From a virus, in the IMG/VR virus record IMGVR_UViG_3300029763_000078, positions 1 through 9,849 of that record: a stretch of 9,849 bases of DNA, one strand, 5' to 3'. This document shows positions 1 through 7,576 of this stretch, piece after piece. The stretch's first letter is position 1, and each line of letters starts with the position of its first letter. The notes beneath the pieces were generated by a model. The model saw only the letters and a list, made by a program, of their open reading frames with translations, had not been told where the DNA came from and did not search any database. A program made the translations under genes and the position numbers.

Positions 1-38
1 CGCCTTACTAAATATTTTTCAATGTCCTTTTCTATCAT
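1..38 (-). CDS. VRR-NUC-type nuclease, N-terminal fragment running off the left edge
   Basis: The minus strand reads ATG(38-36) ATA GAA AAG GAC ATT GAA AAA TAT TTA GTA AGG, giving MIEKDIEKYLVR. This resembles the N-termini of prophage VRR-NUC proteins that usually follow VirE-type primases. An SD-like AGGTGGA lies 4 nt upstream. An in-frame ATG at 83 has no SD. Only 12 codons are visible. Confidence 0.4.
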   Translation of the reverse strand, partial: MIEKDIEKYLVR

Positions 39-59
39 TTTTCCACCTGTTCTTTCTGC

Positions 60-296
60 GGTAACTTTAAAACCGTTTTTCATACACTTATACGCGTATA
101 TGTGCGTTATGCGTGTATGTTTCTCTTTGTAGTACATATATGTATATAATATATAGAATTAAAGTTACCAAAGTTACCTATGCTCTAAACCCTTGCTATC
201 ACTGCGTTTTTGGGGTAACTTTTAAAAGTTACTTAGGTTTACCAAAGTTACCTTGAAAGTTACCTTTTCAAATAAAGGTTACCTCTAAAAGTTACC
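60..296. repeat. Iteron-like array of the octamer AAGTTACC (putative replication origin or initiator binding sites)
   Basis: Exact AAGTTACC occurs at 162-169, 171-178, 245-252, 257-264 and 289-296. The inverted form GGTAACTT occurs at 60-67 and 214-221. Variants are AAGTTACT 226-233, AGGTTTACC 235-243 and AGGTTACC 276-283. There is a perfect 18-bp palindrome GTAACTTTTAAAAGTTAC at 215-232. The region is non-coding and sits immediately 3' of the primase-helicase gene. Confidence 0.75.
81..157. other. Alternating purine-pyrimidine, TA-rich tract with the palindrome TATACGCGTATA (candidate DNA unwinding element)
   Basis: There are long runs of strict R-Y alternation: atacgcgtatatgtgcg, tatgcgtgtatgt and gtacatatatgtatata. 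A perfect 12-bp palindrome lies at 89-100. No ORF is present. Confidence 0.55.
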
Positions 297-303
297 CCAT
301 ATT

Positions 304-2691
304 CTAAGCTCTTTTAAATCCTTTTTGCACTCCGTAATCCTTGTTAAATTTAATAACCTTGTCATATTTTTCCCAATCGTCAAACGATGAAATGATACTG
401 TTAATCTCTATCGAATCCCTACGTTGAATTTGCCTAAAATCACCGTTAAAGAGTTCGCACCATATTTCAAGCGCACACACTCTGTCACGTTCGACAAGTT
501 CGTCTTCGGGTACGCTTATAATCTCCGACCAAAAATCTCTGCGTTTTGCCAAGTCCCAACAGTTCCAATCACGCGGAACACGTTTATCAAGGAAATCACG
601 AATAAGTCCCTCTTTAACCGACACTTCCCTATGATCTGACTGCACTTGTTTCGCAAGCTGTTCCGTTTCCTTTGACAAATAAAGCGGTTCATTCTGCGTA
701 TAACGCACTTTTGCCTCCGCCCAAATTTGATTTATTTCCTCATCGGTCAAATCGGTAAACACGCTCTTTTTTATCGGCACAATCTCCGTATCAACGGGCC
801 AAAATCTTCTGTTACCGGTACGGTCACGAAGATAATCGCTGTTATTGCTCGTACCGAAAAATACACATCTTCGCGGGTGTTCCTGTACAATTCTGCCGTA
901 TGCCGCGCGGTATCTGTCCGACGTCTGCGACAGTATCTGTTTAACACTGCCGACTTCCGACTTATTAAGTGCCTCAAGTTCGCTTATCTCTACAATCCAT
1001 TTACCCTGTATAACCTCGCACAATTCCTTACCCTCGAACGTCTTTATGCCGTCCGTAAACCACCTGTCAAAGCCGACTTTGCGAAGTATCGTACTCTTCC
1101 CTATGCCCTGCCTGCCCGACAGAATAAGCATATTATCGAATTTACTTCCCGGCTCATACGCTCTTGCGACCGCTCCGACGAACATTTTACGCGTCACTTC
1201 TCTTGTATATTCGTTATCCGCCGCACCGAGATAATCGACAAACAATGTGTCAAGTCGTTCAGTATTATCCCACGCAAGACCGTCCAAATACTCAACAATC
1301 GGATCATACGCAACACGTCTGTAAAACACCGACAACGCACGGAAAACCTTATCATTACCCATTTTAATGCCATACACATATTCAAGATACCACTGCAATC
1401 CGTCCGTATCGGAATCCTGCCAAACGCGTTTTTCCGGTGCGTCCTTGTCCCAAGGCATAATGCCGTCAATCTCTGCATAGCCTGTAAAATCGTTCATTTT
1501 GATTTTGCCTTTTAAATGCGAATCGTTCTCAATTATAAGAATAATATTGTTAAGCGTCTTTTCGTAAGCGCCTGTATTTTCGTTTTTCTCCAACTTTAAC
1601 GCCCACTGCATATCGTCCGTTTCTTCGCTTTCGATACCGCCGAAATCTTCCGCCGCTTTCTTTTGACGTTCCTTAAACATAAGCATTGAAACATCACTGT
1701 CACCGTCTATAAGCTTGCACATTGCCGAATATGACGGCAGTTTCGATACAGGTGTACCGTCCTTTGCGTCTGCGTCCGTATCGCTGAATTTATGAATACG
1801 AACAAGGTCAAAACTGTTGCACAACTTACCGCTTGCAGGGTCTGTTGCGTGATTTGAATACGCAAATTTGCCGTTCTCATACACTACAAGTCCGCTTGAA
1901 CTCGAGCCGTCCCTGTATGTGTATCTGTCGCCTACGGCACATTTTTCATACACGTCGGGAAGATATTTTTCTATGCACGAATGTATATCGTACGTTCTGC
2001 AAAACGCACCGATAACACCTTTTTTAAGCGTTGGATCCTCTTGTTTTCTTACCTGTCTGTCCAACGCCTTTGTTGTTCTTGACGAAACGTACCAACTCGA
2101 TACGTCGTGCCAATCTTCATATTTTGCAAGCACCCTGTCAACGTCAAGCGGTTTATTTTCCTCGTGTTCAAACACATACTCGCCGTCAATGCTCGTACTC
2201 GGCCAATACATTAAACGGTGCGGCTGATACGTTGTGTCGTCAAACATATCTATACCAATATCATACGCCACCATTCTTGCAACAGCTTCGTATTCATCCG
2301 GCGTACAAGGTCTTGACAGAAGTATCACCAAACGAAATCTCGGCTTTTCGGCTGTGTGCTTGTGCGTTGAGTAAATGCAGTATGTAAAATCGTAAAACAT
2401 TGAAATATTATCGCAAAAATCACTGTCGGCAAAGTCTGCGTCAAGCGTAAGCAAAATTCTGTTTTCGATACTTCCCGACTGTCGCTTGCCGTTTTTCACC
2501 TTACCGCCCACAAAACCGCCGACGTCCTTTATATCATCCTGTTGTGACTTCGGCATATTTGCAAATTCACCTTGCGTTTCGCTCGTCCTTGTTGTCGTTT
2601 TCAGCCTTTCGACAAAATCTCCCCACGACATTTTTGTATTTTTCCATAGTTTTGATTTTCTGCTTTGTCCCGTAGCAATTACTAAATCCAA
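304..2691 (-). CDS. Bifunctional DNA primase-polymerase (AEP-like N-terminus) fused to a VirE/D5-type helicase ATPase
   Basis: This is a 795-aa ORF. The N-terminal part carries an acidic LTLDADF motif and STHKH, consistent with an archaeo-eukaryotic primase fold. The C-terminal part carries Walker A LSGRQGIGKST and the virulence-associated protein E-like region. The start is TTG (2691-2689), preceded by AGGGGGTG with a 7-nt spacer that overlaps the polymerase stop codon. Confidence 0.9.
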   Translation of the reverse strand: MDLVIATGQSRKSKLWKNTKMSWGDFVERLKTTTRTSETQGEFANMPKSQQDDIKDVGGFVGGKVKNGKRQSGSIENRILLTLDADFADSDFCDNISMFYDFTYCIYSTHKHTAEKPRFRLVILLSRPCTPDEYEAVARMVAYDIGIDMFDDTTYQPHRLMYWPSTSIDGEYVFEHEENKPLDVDRVLAKYEDWHDVSSWYVSSRTTKALDRQVRKQEDPTLKKGVIGAFCRTYDIHSCIEKYLPDVYEKCAVGDRYTYRDGSSSSGLVVYENGKFAYSNHATDPASGKLCNSFDLVRIHKFSDTDADAKDGTPVSKLPSYSAMCKLIDGDSDVSMLMFKERQKKAAEDFGGIESEETDDMQWALKLEKNENTGAYEKTLNNIILIIENDSHLKGKIKMNDFTGYAEIDGIMPWDKDAPEKRVWQDSDTDGLQWYLEYVYGIKMGNDKVFRALSVFYRRVAYDPIVEYLDGLAWDNTERLDTLFVDYLGAADNEYTREVTRKMFVGAVARAYEPGSKFDNMLILSGRQGIGKSTILRKVGFDRWFTDGIKTFEGKELCEVIQGKWIVEISELEALNKSEVGSVKQILSQTSDRYRAAYGRIVQEHPRRCVFFGTSNNSDYLRDRTGNRRFWPVDTEIVPIKKSVFTDLTDEEINQIWAEAKVRYTQNEPLYLSKETEQLAKQVQSDHREVSVKEGLIRDFLDKRVPRDWNCWDLAKRRDFWSEIISVPEDELVERDRVCALEIWCELFNGDFRQIQRRDSIEINSIISSFDDWEKYDKVIKFNKDYGVQKGFKRA

Positions 2692-2704
2692 TTTATAACA
2701 CCCC

Positions 2705-4654
2705 CTAATCTTTCATATAAAAATTACATTCGTATCCGTCCGCATTAAGCGGAAGTCCTTTCGCCCATTCAATCGGCTCACACATTATCGCCGCCAACTC
2801 CTCTGCACTCGACACGCCTTTCGGAACGTCAACTATAACCTCATCGTGAACGTGGAAATTAATCTTAAAACCTCTGTCCTCAAGCCGAATTATGCTTTCA
2901 GCCAAGCAATCCCTCGCAAACGCCTGTACTATGTTTTCAACAAGCTTACCGCCCCATGTTTCAAGTCTGCTCCAAGTTTTTGTTGTCTGATTCATACCCA
3001 TATATGTAACGGCTTTTTTTCCAAATCTGTTTACTTCGATTTTCGGTTTAACGTAAGCGATTTTTCTTCCCGACGGCAGACCGATAAAAAGAATATTCGA
3101 CTGTTTGTAAAAAGAAATATCGTGTCTAATCTTGCCCGGATAACCCTCAACCGCCTTAATCGCCGCATTCTCGACCGTTCGCCAAAATGCCGTTATGGCA
3201 GGATTTGAACTCCGCCACTTATCCACGATACCTTGAAGTTCTTCTTCGTCAATACCCATTTTCAAAGCACCCATACTCACCATAGCTCCGACACTTCCGC
3301 CGTAACCGAGTGCAAGTTCGGCAATCTTGCCTTTTTGACGTAGCGGATCGCCTTTGTGAATACTTTCAATCGGAACATGGAACATCTGACTTGCCGATGC
3401 CTCGTATATTTTTCCGTGAGTTTTAAATACTTCAAGTCGCCATTTTTCGTCTGCAAGATATGCGATAACTCTTGCCTCAATCGCCGAAAAGTCCGCTACT
3501 ATAAATCGCCTGTCCTCACTCGGTACAAGTGCTGTTCGTATAAGCTCCGACAGCGTTTGCGGAACGTTTTCGTAAAGCATTTCAAACAGTTCAAAATCGC
3601 CGTTTTCCACACATTCTCTTGCGTAATCAATATCTTTCAAATGGTTTTGCGGTAGGTTTTGCACCTGTACAATTCTTCCTGCCCAACGTCCTGTACGGTT
3701 TGCGCCGTAAAACTGCAAGAGTCCTCTTATTCGTCCGTCATCGCAGACGCTCCGCTCCATTGCCTCGTACTTTGTTACAGACGTTTTCGCCATCATTGAA
3801 CGCAGATATATCACTCTTTTCGCCTTTAGTGATATGCTTTCATCAGCTATAAGCTCCTTTAATTTTTCCTTGTTTAAGCTGTCGATTTTCTGCCCTGTTT
3901 CTTCTTCAAGCCACGCCTTTAGTTGCACAACCGATTTCGGATTTTCAAGTCCCGTTATTTTCTGTGCCTCATCATAGCACCTGTCGCTGTATTCCGTATT
4001 GAATTTGATTGCATTTTCAACAAAGTTTCGGTCAACTCTTACACCTCTGTCGTTAATTCGTTGGTCATACGTCCACAGTTTTTGTTCACTGTCGCATATC
4101 GGAAATTGGGCGAGTTTCTTTTTTATCGCGCGTTCCACTTCAACGTCCTGTATGCAGTATTCTTTGAATACCTCCCACTTGTCGGGTGCGTGCGTTGGTA
4201 AATTCCTTGTACGTCCGCCGTTCGTCTTTGTCGGCTTACACGGTTTTGAGAAATAGTCAATCAATGCTTTTCCGCGTTTGTCCTTTTGCTCCTCCAAACC
4301 GAGCGCAACCGCCACAGCCGAAAGCGAAAGCGGAAGTCCGAGTTCTGACGCTTGTACCGCACTGCAACGCCATTGATTTACAGGCAAATCAATATTAAAA
4401 TACTTACCGATACACGTTCTTTCAAAGTTCGCATTATACGCCGTTTTCAATACATCTCCATCCGTCAGTGCGTCCATTACTTCTTTCGGCAACGCCTCAC
4501 CTTGTGCAAGGTCCGTTATTTTTACTTCTTCATCATCAAACGCATACGCAAATAACAAGATTTTAAAATCGGGGGCATTCGCATAAGCATATACCCCCGA
4601 TTTAATTAAATCAACACTTCCGTATGTTTCAATGTCGATACTGAGTGATTTCAT
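2705..4654 (-). CDS. Family A DNA polymerase with 3'-5' exonuclease domain (phage type)
   Basis: This is a 649-aa ORF. Exonuclease motifs are SIDIETYG, YNANFE and YCIQDVE. Polymerase motifs are A (VADFSAIEARV), B (RQKGKIAELALGYGGS) and C (HVHDEV). The ATG is preceded by AGGTGA. Confidence 0.95.
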   Translation of the reverse strand: MKSLSIDIETYGSVDLIKSGVYAYANAPDFKILLFAYAFDDEEVKITDLAQGEALPKEVMDALTDGDVLKTAYNANFERTCIGKYFNIDLPVNQWRCSAVQASELGLPLSLSAVAVALGLEEQKDKRGKALIDYFSKPCKPTKTNGGRTRNLPTHAPDKWEVFKEYCIQDVEVERAIKKKLAQFPICDSEQKLWTYDQRINDRGVRVDRNFVENAIKFNTEYSDRCYDEAQKITGLENPKSVVQLKAWLEEETGQKIDSLNKEKLKELIADESISLKAKRVIYLRSMMAKTSVTKYEAMERSVCDDGRIRGLLQFYGANRTGRWAGRIVQVQNLPQNHLKDIDYARECVENGDFELFEMLYENVPQTLSELIRTALVPSEDRRFIVADFSAIEARVIAYLADEKWRLEVFKTHGKIYEASASQMFHVPIESIHKGDPLRQKGKIAELALGYGGSVGAMVSMGALKMGIDEEELQGIVDKWRSSNPAITAFWRTVENAAIKAVEGYPGKIRHDISFYKQSNILFIGLPSGRKIAYVKPKIEVNRFGKKAVTYMGMNQTTKTWSRLETWGGKLVENIVQAFARDCLAESIIRLEDRGFKINFHVHDEVIVDVPKGVSSAEELAAIMCEPIEWAKGLPLNADGYECNFYMKD

Positions 4655-4665
4655 TTTGTCACCTG

Positions 4666-5211
4666 TTAATTAAGAAAATCGTCATCTTCATCATACAGTC
4701 CCGCAAAGTCGTCCTCCGCAGTGTTTCGTCCGCCTAAAGGCTCTCCGTCCCTCGTTTTCATCAAATTATTAAGACCGCACGCAATACCTTTATTGCCGTT
4801 GGAGTTAAAGGCGTAAAACGAAATTGACGCATGACCGTAACAACCGCTGTAAAATTCCGTCTTGTCGATTATCGGCTGACGTGACTTGTCCACAATACCC
4901 GGTGCGGTTCTGCAGTTTGCGTTGACAAAATAACTGTTTGCATAGTTTTCGTCGTCCTCTCTGTCAGTATCACCGTCACGCAACGGCAACTTTAAATTTG
5001 CGGGAATTTTACCGCCGAACTTCGCAATGCCCTCTTGCTTTGCCGCCTCGATTGCATTGTTTATAGCCTTGATTGTCTTTGTGTCGCTTTTCGGAATGAT
5101 GATACTTACCGAATACTTTTCGTCACCGCCGTTGATTGATGACGGCTCCCAAACGTGTGCATAACTGAATCTTACTTCTCCTGTGATTACCTGTGTCTTT
5201 CTTTTTTCCAT
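4666..5211 (-). CDS. DUF2815-family protein (phage ssDNA-binding-like, acidic C-terminal tail)
   Basis: This is a 181-aa ORF. The N-terminus VITGEVRFSYAHVWEP is typical of DUF2815. The C-terminal tail is DDFAGLYDEDDDFLN. The SD AAGGAGA lies 7 nt upstream, and the gene is 11 nt from the polymerase start. Confidence 0.85.
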   Translation of the reverse strand: MEKRKTQVITGEVRFSYAHVWEPSSINGGDEKYSVSIIIPKSDTKTIKAINNAIEAAKQEGIAKFGGKIPANLKLPLRDGDTDREDDENYANSYFVNANCRTAPGIVDKSRQPIIDKTEFYSGCYGHASISFYAFNSNGNKGIACGLNNLMKTRDGEPLGGRNTAEDDFAGLYDEDDDFLN

Positions 5212-5224
5212 TGTTATTTCTCCT

Positions 5225-6388
5225 TTACTTTATATCTTTAAAATCTTCTGCCGCTTTCTCTGCCGAGTTCCATTCGGGACGTTTGTCCTCCGAACGTACA
5301 AGCGTCGGCTTTCCCTGCGGTTTTATTACATATTCTCCGAGCAGTTCGTTAAATCTTGCTCTGCCTAAAAGTGCTCCCATTTGGGTGATGTTAAGTATTT
5401 CTTTCTTATATATGTTCTTTTCGTCATAACCGGCTTTAATTAATACATCGGCGATTTTGCTGTCGTCCTCCGCATATTTGCGGTTACTTCTTCCCTCAAC
5501 CACTTTAAATCCCGGATACTTAACGCCGTTATTAAGTGCCTGTTCCAAAGCATAGTCCTTTACGAGTTTCGACCACTTCGCAAGGTTTTCCGCTTGGTCT
5601 ATTACCTCCGCAATTTCATCTTCGGTAAGTTCCAAAGGCGGTTTGAAAACCATTGCCGCAGGCCTGTTTTTCTCCTCTGCATACGCACGGCATACGGCTC
5701 TTGCTTTGCAAAATCCGTCATCGCAATGACGTCCCGCTATACAGTCACCGTCACCGCTGTTCGCAAGTACGGCTTTAGGCTTTAAATCTTCGCCCCACTT
5801 AATGAGTTCACCGCGTGTAAGCGTTTCCGTATCAATGTTATCAAGTCGTGGTTGGAATATCGTTAAATTGACCTTATGTATGTCGTATAGGTAGTCGTAT
5901 TCGCTCAATGCTCCTAAGCCATATATCCTAAGCTGACTGTTCTTGTCTGCCGATACCTTTACGCCCTGTCCGTATTTAAGGTCTATTATCTCGATTATTC
6001 CACCGCCGATAATAACGGTGTCGCCTGTACCGAATCCGTCGGGTACCCATTCCGAAAAATCTAAACGGCGTTCAAGATGTATTTGTGCGTCCTTGCATTG
6101 ACTTTTAATCGCATTGTATCGCTCCAATACAAAATCACGATAACTGTCCGTGTATTCTTCCATATCTTCTGTTATGTCAAGCGAACGTATCATCTTATGA
6201 TACTGCACGCGTGTTATGTGGTTTAAAGCTAATTTCAGCTTTGCCTCACCCAATGAATGTGCGGTAGTTCCCTCTTTTGCATATTCACTGCTTTCGTCGG
6301 GGAATTTACTTTCCATTGCGATTGACGCAGGGCAGTTTATCCACTTCTTTGACCCCGACGCTGAAAGTTTTGCGTGTTCTTCCGGCAT
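5225..6388 (-). CDS. DUF2800-family PD-(D/E)XK nuclease (Cas4/RecB-like, probable Fe-S cysteines)
   Basis: This is a 387-aa ORF. The N-terminus is HAKLSASGSKKWINCPAS. A nuclease core-like IIDLKYGQG is present, and a cysteine cluster CIAGRHCDDGFCKARAVC pairs with the N-terminal Cys. The SD is AGGAGA. The start overlaps the upstream stop (TAATG). Confidence 0.85.
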   Translation of the reverse strand: MPEEHAKLSASGSKKWINCPASIAMESKFPDESSEYAKEGTTAHSLGEAKLKLALNHITRVQYHKMIRSLDITEDMEEYTDSYRDFVLERYNAIKSQCKDAQIHLERRLDFSEWVPDGFGTGDTVIIGGGIIEIIDLKYGQGVKVSADKNSQLRIYGLGALSEYDYLYDIHKVNLTIFQPRLDNIDTETLTRGELIKWGEDLKPKAVLANSGDGDCIAGRHCDDGFCKARAVCRAYAEEKNRPAAMVFKPPLELTEDEIAEVIDQAENLAKWSKLVKDYALEQALNNGVKYPGFKVVEGRSNRKYAEDDSKIADVLIKAGYDEKNIYKKEILNITQMGALLGRARFNELLGEYVIKPQGKPTLVRSEDKRPEWNSAEKAAEDFKDIK

Positions 6389-6756
6389 TACTTCACATCT
6401 CCTATTCTTGTCATCGCCTCTGCGTATCGCTCAGGCGGTATTTCCGTTACTTTGCCGTAACCCATTTCTTGAAGCAGTCCCTTGGCCTTATCTCTGCCCT
6501 GCGACTTCGCATATTCACCGAATGCCTTGCGTACTTCCTCTATTGTGTATTCCACTTCGGCGGTATTATCCTCTGTCGGCGTATCGTCTGACGTCTGTTC
6601 CTCTCTTACAACGTTCGCCGATTTCTCAACTTCCGCCTTTGTCATCTCCACAGGTCCCGTCTTTTTGTTGAGTACCGAACATAATCCGTACATTCGGTCG
6701 AATACTTCCTTGTTACCCTCAAAATCTTTCTGTTCAAGCCTAATTACAATTTGCAT
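6388..6756 (-). CDS. Hypothetical protein, acidic linker plus C-terminal helical domain
   Basis: This is a 122-aa ORF with an ATG start and SD AAAGGAA 9 nt upstream. Its stop overlaps the DUF2800 start, which suggests translational coupling. Its position as first gene of the replication block is typical for this module. Confidence 0.75.
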   Translation of the reverse strand: MQIVIRLEQKDFEGNKEVFDRMYGLCSVLNKKTGPVEMTKAEVEKSANVVREEQTSDDTPTEDNTAEVEYTIEEVRKAFGEYAKSQGRDKAKGLLQEMGYGKVTEIPPERYAEAMTRIGDVK

Positions 6757-6784
6757 TGATTTTTATTCCTTTCTGTGATATAAT
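6756..6784 (+). promoter_or_regulatory. Promoter-like sequence on the antisense (+) strand: TTGATT-17-TGaTATAAT
   Basis: The -35 TTGATT lies at 6756-6761, followed by a 17-nt spacer that ends in TGa, then the -10 TATAAT at 6779-6784. It has the same architecture as the + strand promoters at 8291 and 8673. No + strand ORF follows. Confidence 0.3.
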
Positions 6785-6788
6785 GTTG

Positions 6789-6809
6789 ACATAGATTAAT
6801 AATCTATGT
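6789..6809. other. Perfect 9-bp/3-nt palindrome ACATAGATT-AAT-AATCTATGT
   Basis: It lies in the intergenic region between 6814..6963 and 6388..6756. On the + strand it is followed by GCTTTTATTT, which is terminator-like. On the - strand there is no U-run. It sits at the predicted +1 of the 6756-6784 promoter-like sequence, so it could instead be an operator. Confidence 0.5.
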
Positions 6810-6813
6810 GCTT

Positions 6814-6963
6814 TTATTTGACCGTTATTGAGTTGCCGCTCTGACGGTCATTTTTATTGCGACTAAGTATCATCGCATTTACGAAAACACCTACCAAATG
6901 CTTTTCATTCGGTGTTAAATCGCTATACAATTTCAGTATTTCCGCCGTTTTCTCATCTGCCAC
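6814..6963 (-). CDS. Small hypothetical protein (49 aa), missed by the ORF track
   Basis: The GTG start (6963-6961) lies 8 nt after a perfect AGGAGG (6977-6972). The translation is (M)ADEKTAEILKLYSDLTPNEKHLVGVFVNAMILSRNKNDRQSGNSITVK, which has protein-like composition. Confidence 0.6.
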   Translation of the reverse strand: MADEKTAEILKLYSDLTPNEKHLVGVFVNAMILSRNKNDRQSGNSITVK

Positions 6964-6975
6964 ACTTCTCACCTC

Positions 6976-7257
6976 CTAATTCTGATATTTTATAGGTTGT
7001 CTGTATGCTAAAACTATTCCCCAAGATAATCCGTAACTGTACGGATACTGCAATACCTCTTTGAATAGGTCATACCACGCTTTTTCCTTTTCGTATGCGT
7101 CGGCTTCTTCTTCCGTAAGTCCGTCGCGTTCATCGTCGCATACTGCGTCATCATCATCTATGCACGCCCAATCATCGTCGATACAGGCGAAGTCGTCATC
7201 ACGACAAGCAAAGTCCTCGTCTATGCACGCCCAATCGTCAAATTCGTATTTCGTCAT
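6976..7257 (-). CDS. Acidic cysteine heptad-repeat protein (93 aa)
   Basis: The ORF starts with ATG. Residues 6-43 are about five tandem 7-aa units: FDDWACI, DEDFACR, DDDFACI, DDDWACI, DDDDAVC and a trailing DDE. These correspond to 21-nt DNA repeats at 7129-7242. The C-terminal half is non-repetitive with an aromatic/hydrophobic end. Confidence 0.75.
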   Translation of the reverse strand: MTKYEFDDWACIDEDFACRDDDFACIDDDWACIDDDDAVCDDERDGLTEEEADAYEKEKAWYDLFKEVLQYPYSYGLSWGIVLAYRQPIKYQN

Positions 7258-7263
7258 AGCCGT

Positions 7264-7434
7264 TTAATTATCTCCACTGATAATCTTCGCAACACTCATT
7301 TCAAGCGGGTGCTTTGACTTGATACGATTTGTTATGCCGTATCCTTTTGCTATGTATGCCTTAACCGACTTGTTGTCATCGGCGTTTAAAACCACTACAT
7401 CATCTCTGCCCGTCATTATTACATATTTGTTCAT
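7264..7434 (-). CDS. Small hypothetical protein (56 aa), missed by the ORF track
   Basis: ATG at 7434 has SD GAAAGGAA 9 nt upstream. The translation is MNKYVIMTGRDDVVVLNADDNKSVKAYIAKGYGITNRIKSKHPLEMSVAKIISGDN. The stop lies 7 nt before the next start. Confidence 0.6.
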   Translation of the reverse strand: MNKYVIMTGRDDVVVLNADDNKSVKAYIAKGYGITNRIKSKHPLEMSVAKIISGDN

Positions 7435-7462
7435 TTGAAAATATTCCTTTCACTGTTATTTT

Positions 7463-7576
7463 CTATTTTGCGTGTCCTCTGCACTCCTTGGCGAATGCGT
7501 TAATCATCGGAAATACTTCTCTGTGGAAATATTCTTCCGTTTTCTCATTCTCTGTTTTTGGTTTTCTTTTTAGCAT
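7463..7576 (-). CDS. Small basic hypothetical protein (37 aa)
   Basis: ATG at 7576 has SD AAAGGGA 7 nt upstream. The translation is MLKRKPKTENEKTEEYFHREVFPMINAFAKECRGHAK. It overlaps the 3' end of 7545..7658 by 32 nt in another frame, so one of the two may be spurious. Confidence 0.35.
   Translation of the reverse strand: MLKRKPKTENEKTEEYFHREVFPMINAFAKECRGHAK

Noticed and set aside
39-83. A longer version of the left-edge ORF starting at ATG 83.
   Set aside because: There is no SD upstream of 83. It would translate an iteron copy. The ATG at 38 has an SD and gives an N-terminus typical of VRR-NUC proteins.
727-1515. A 262-aa + strand ORF, plus the other + strand ORFs listed between 424 and 6778.
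   Set aside because: All lie antisense to long minus-strand genes with recognisable catalytic motifs. They lack SD sequences and have odd, low-complexity or Arg/Ile/Phe/Ser-rich compositions. They are shadow ORFs.
6786-6817. A perfect TTGACA at 6786-6791 followed by TGcTTTTAT, considered as a + strand promoter.
   Set aside because: The spacer would be 20 nt, outside the functional 16-18 nt range. The TTGACA is part of the palindrome arm context.
7061-7267. A 68-aa Ser-rich + strand ORF.
   Set aside because: It is the mirror image of the GAT/GAC-rich acidic repeat gene on the minus strand. It has no SD, and its Ser runs are the antisense reading of the Asp codon repeats.
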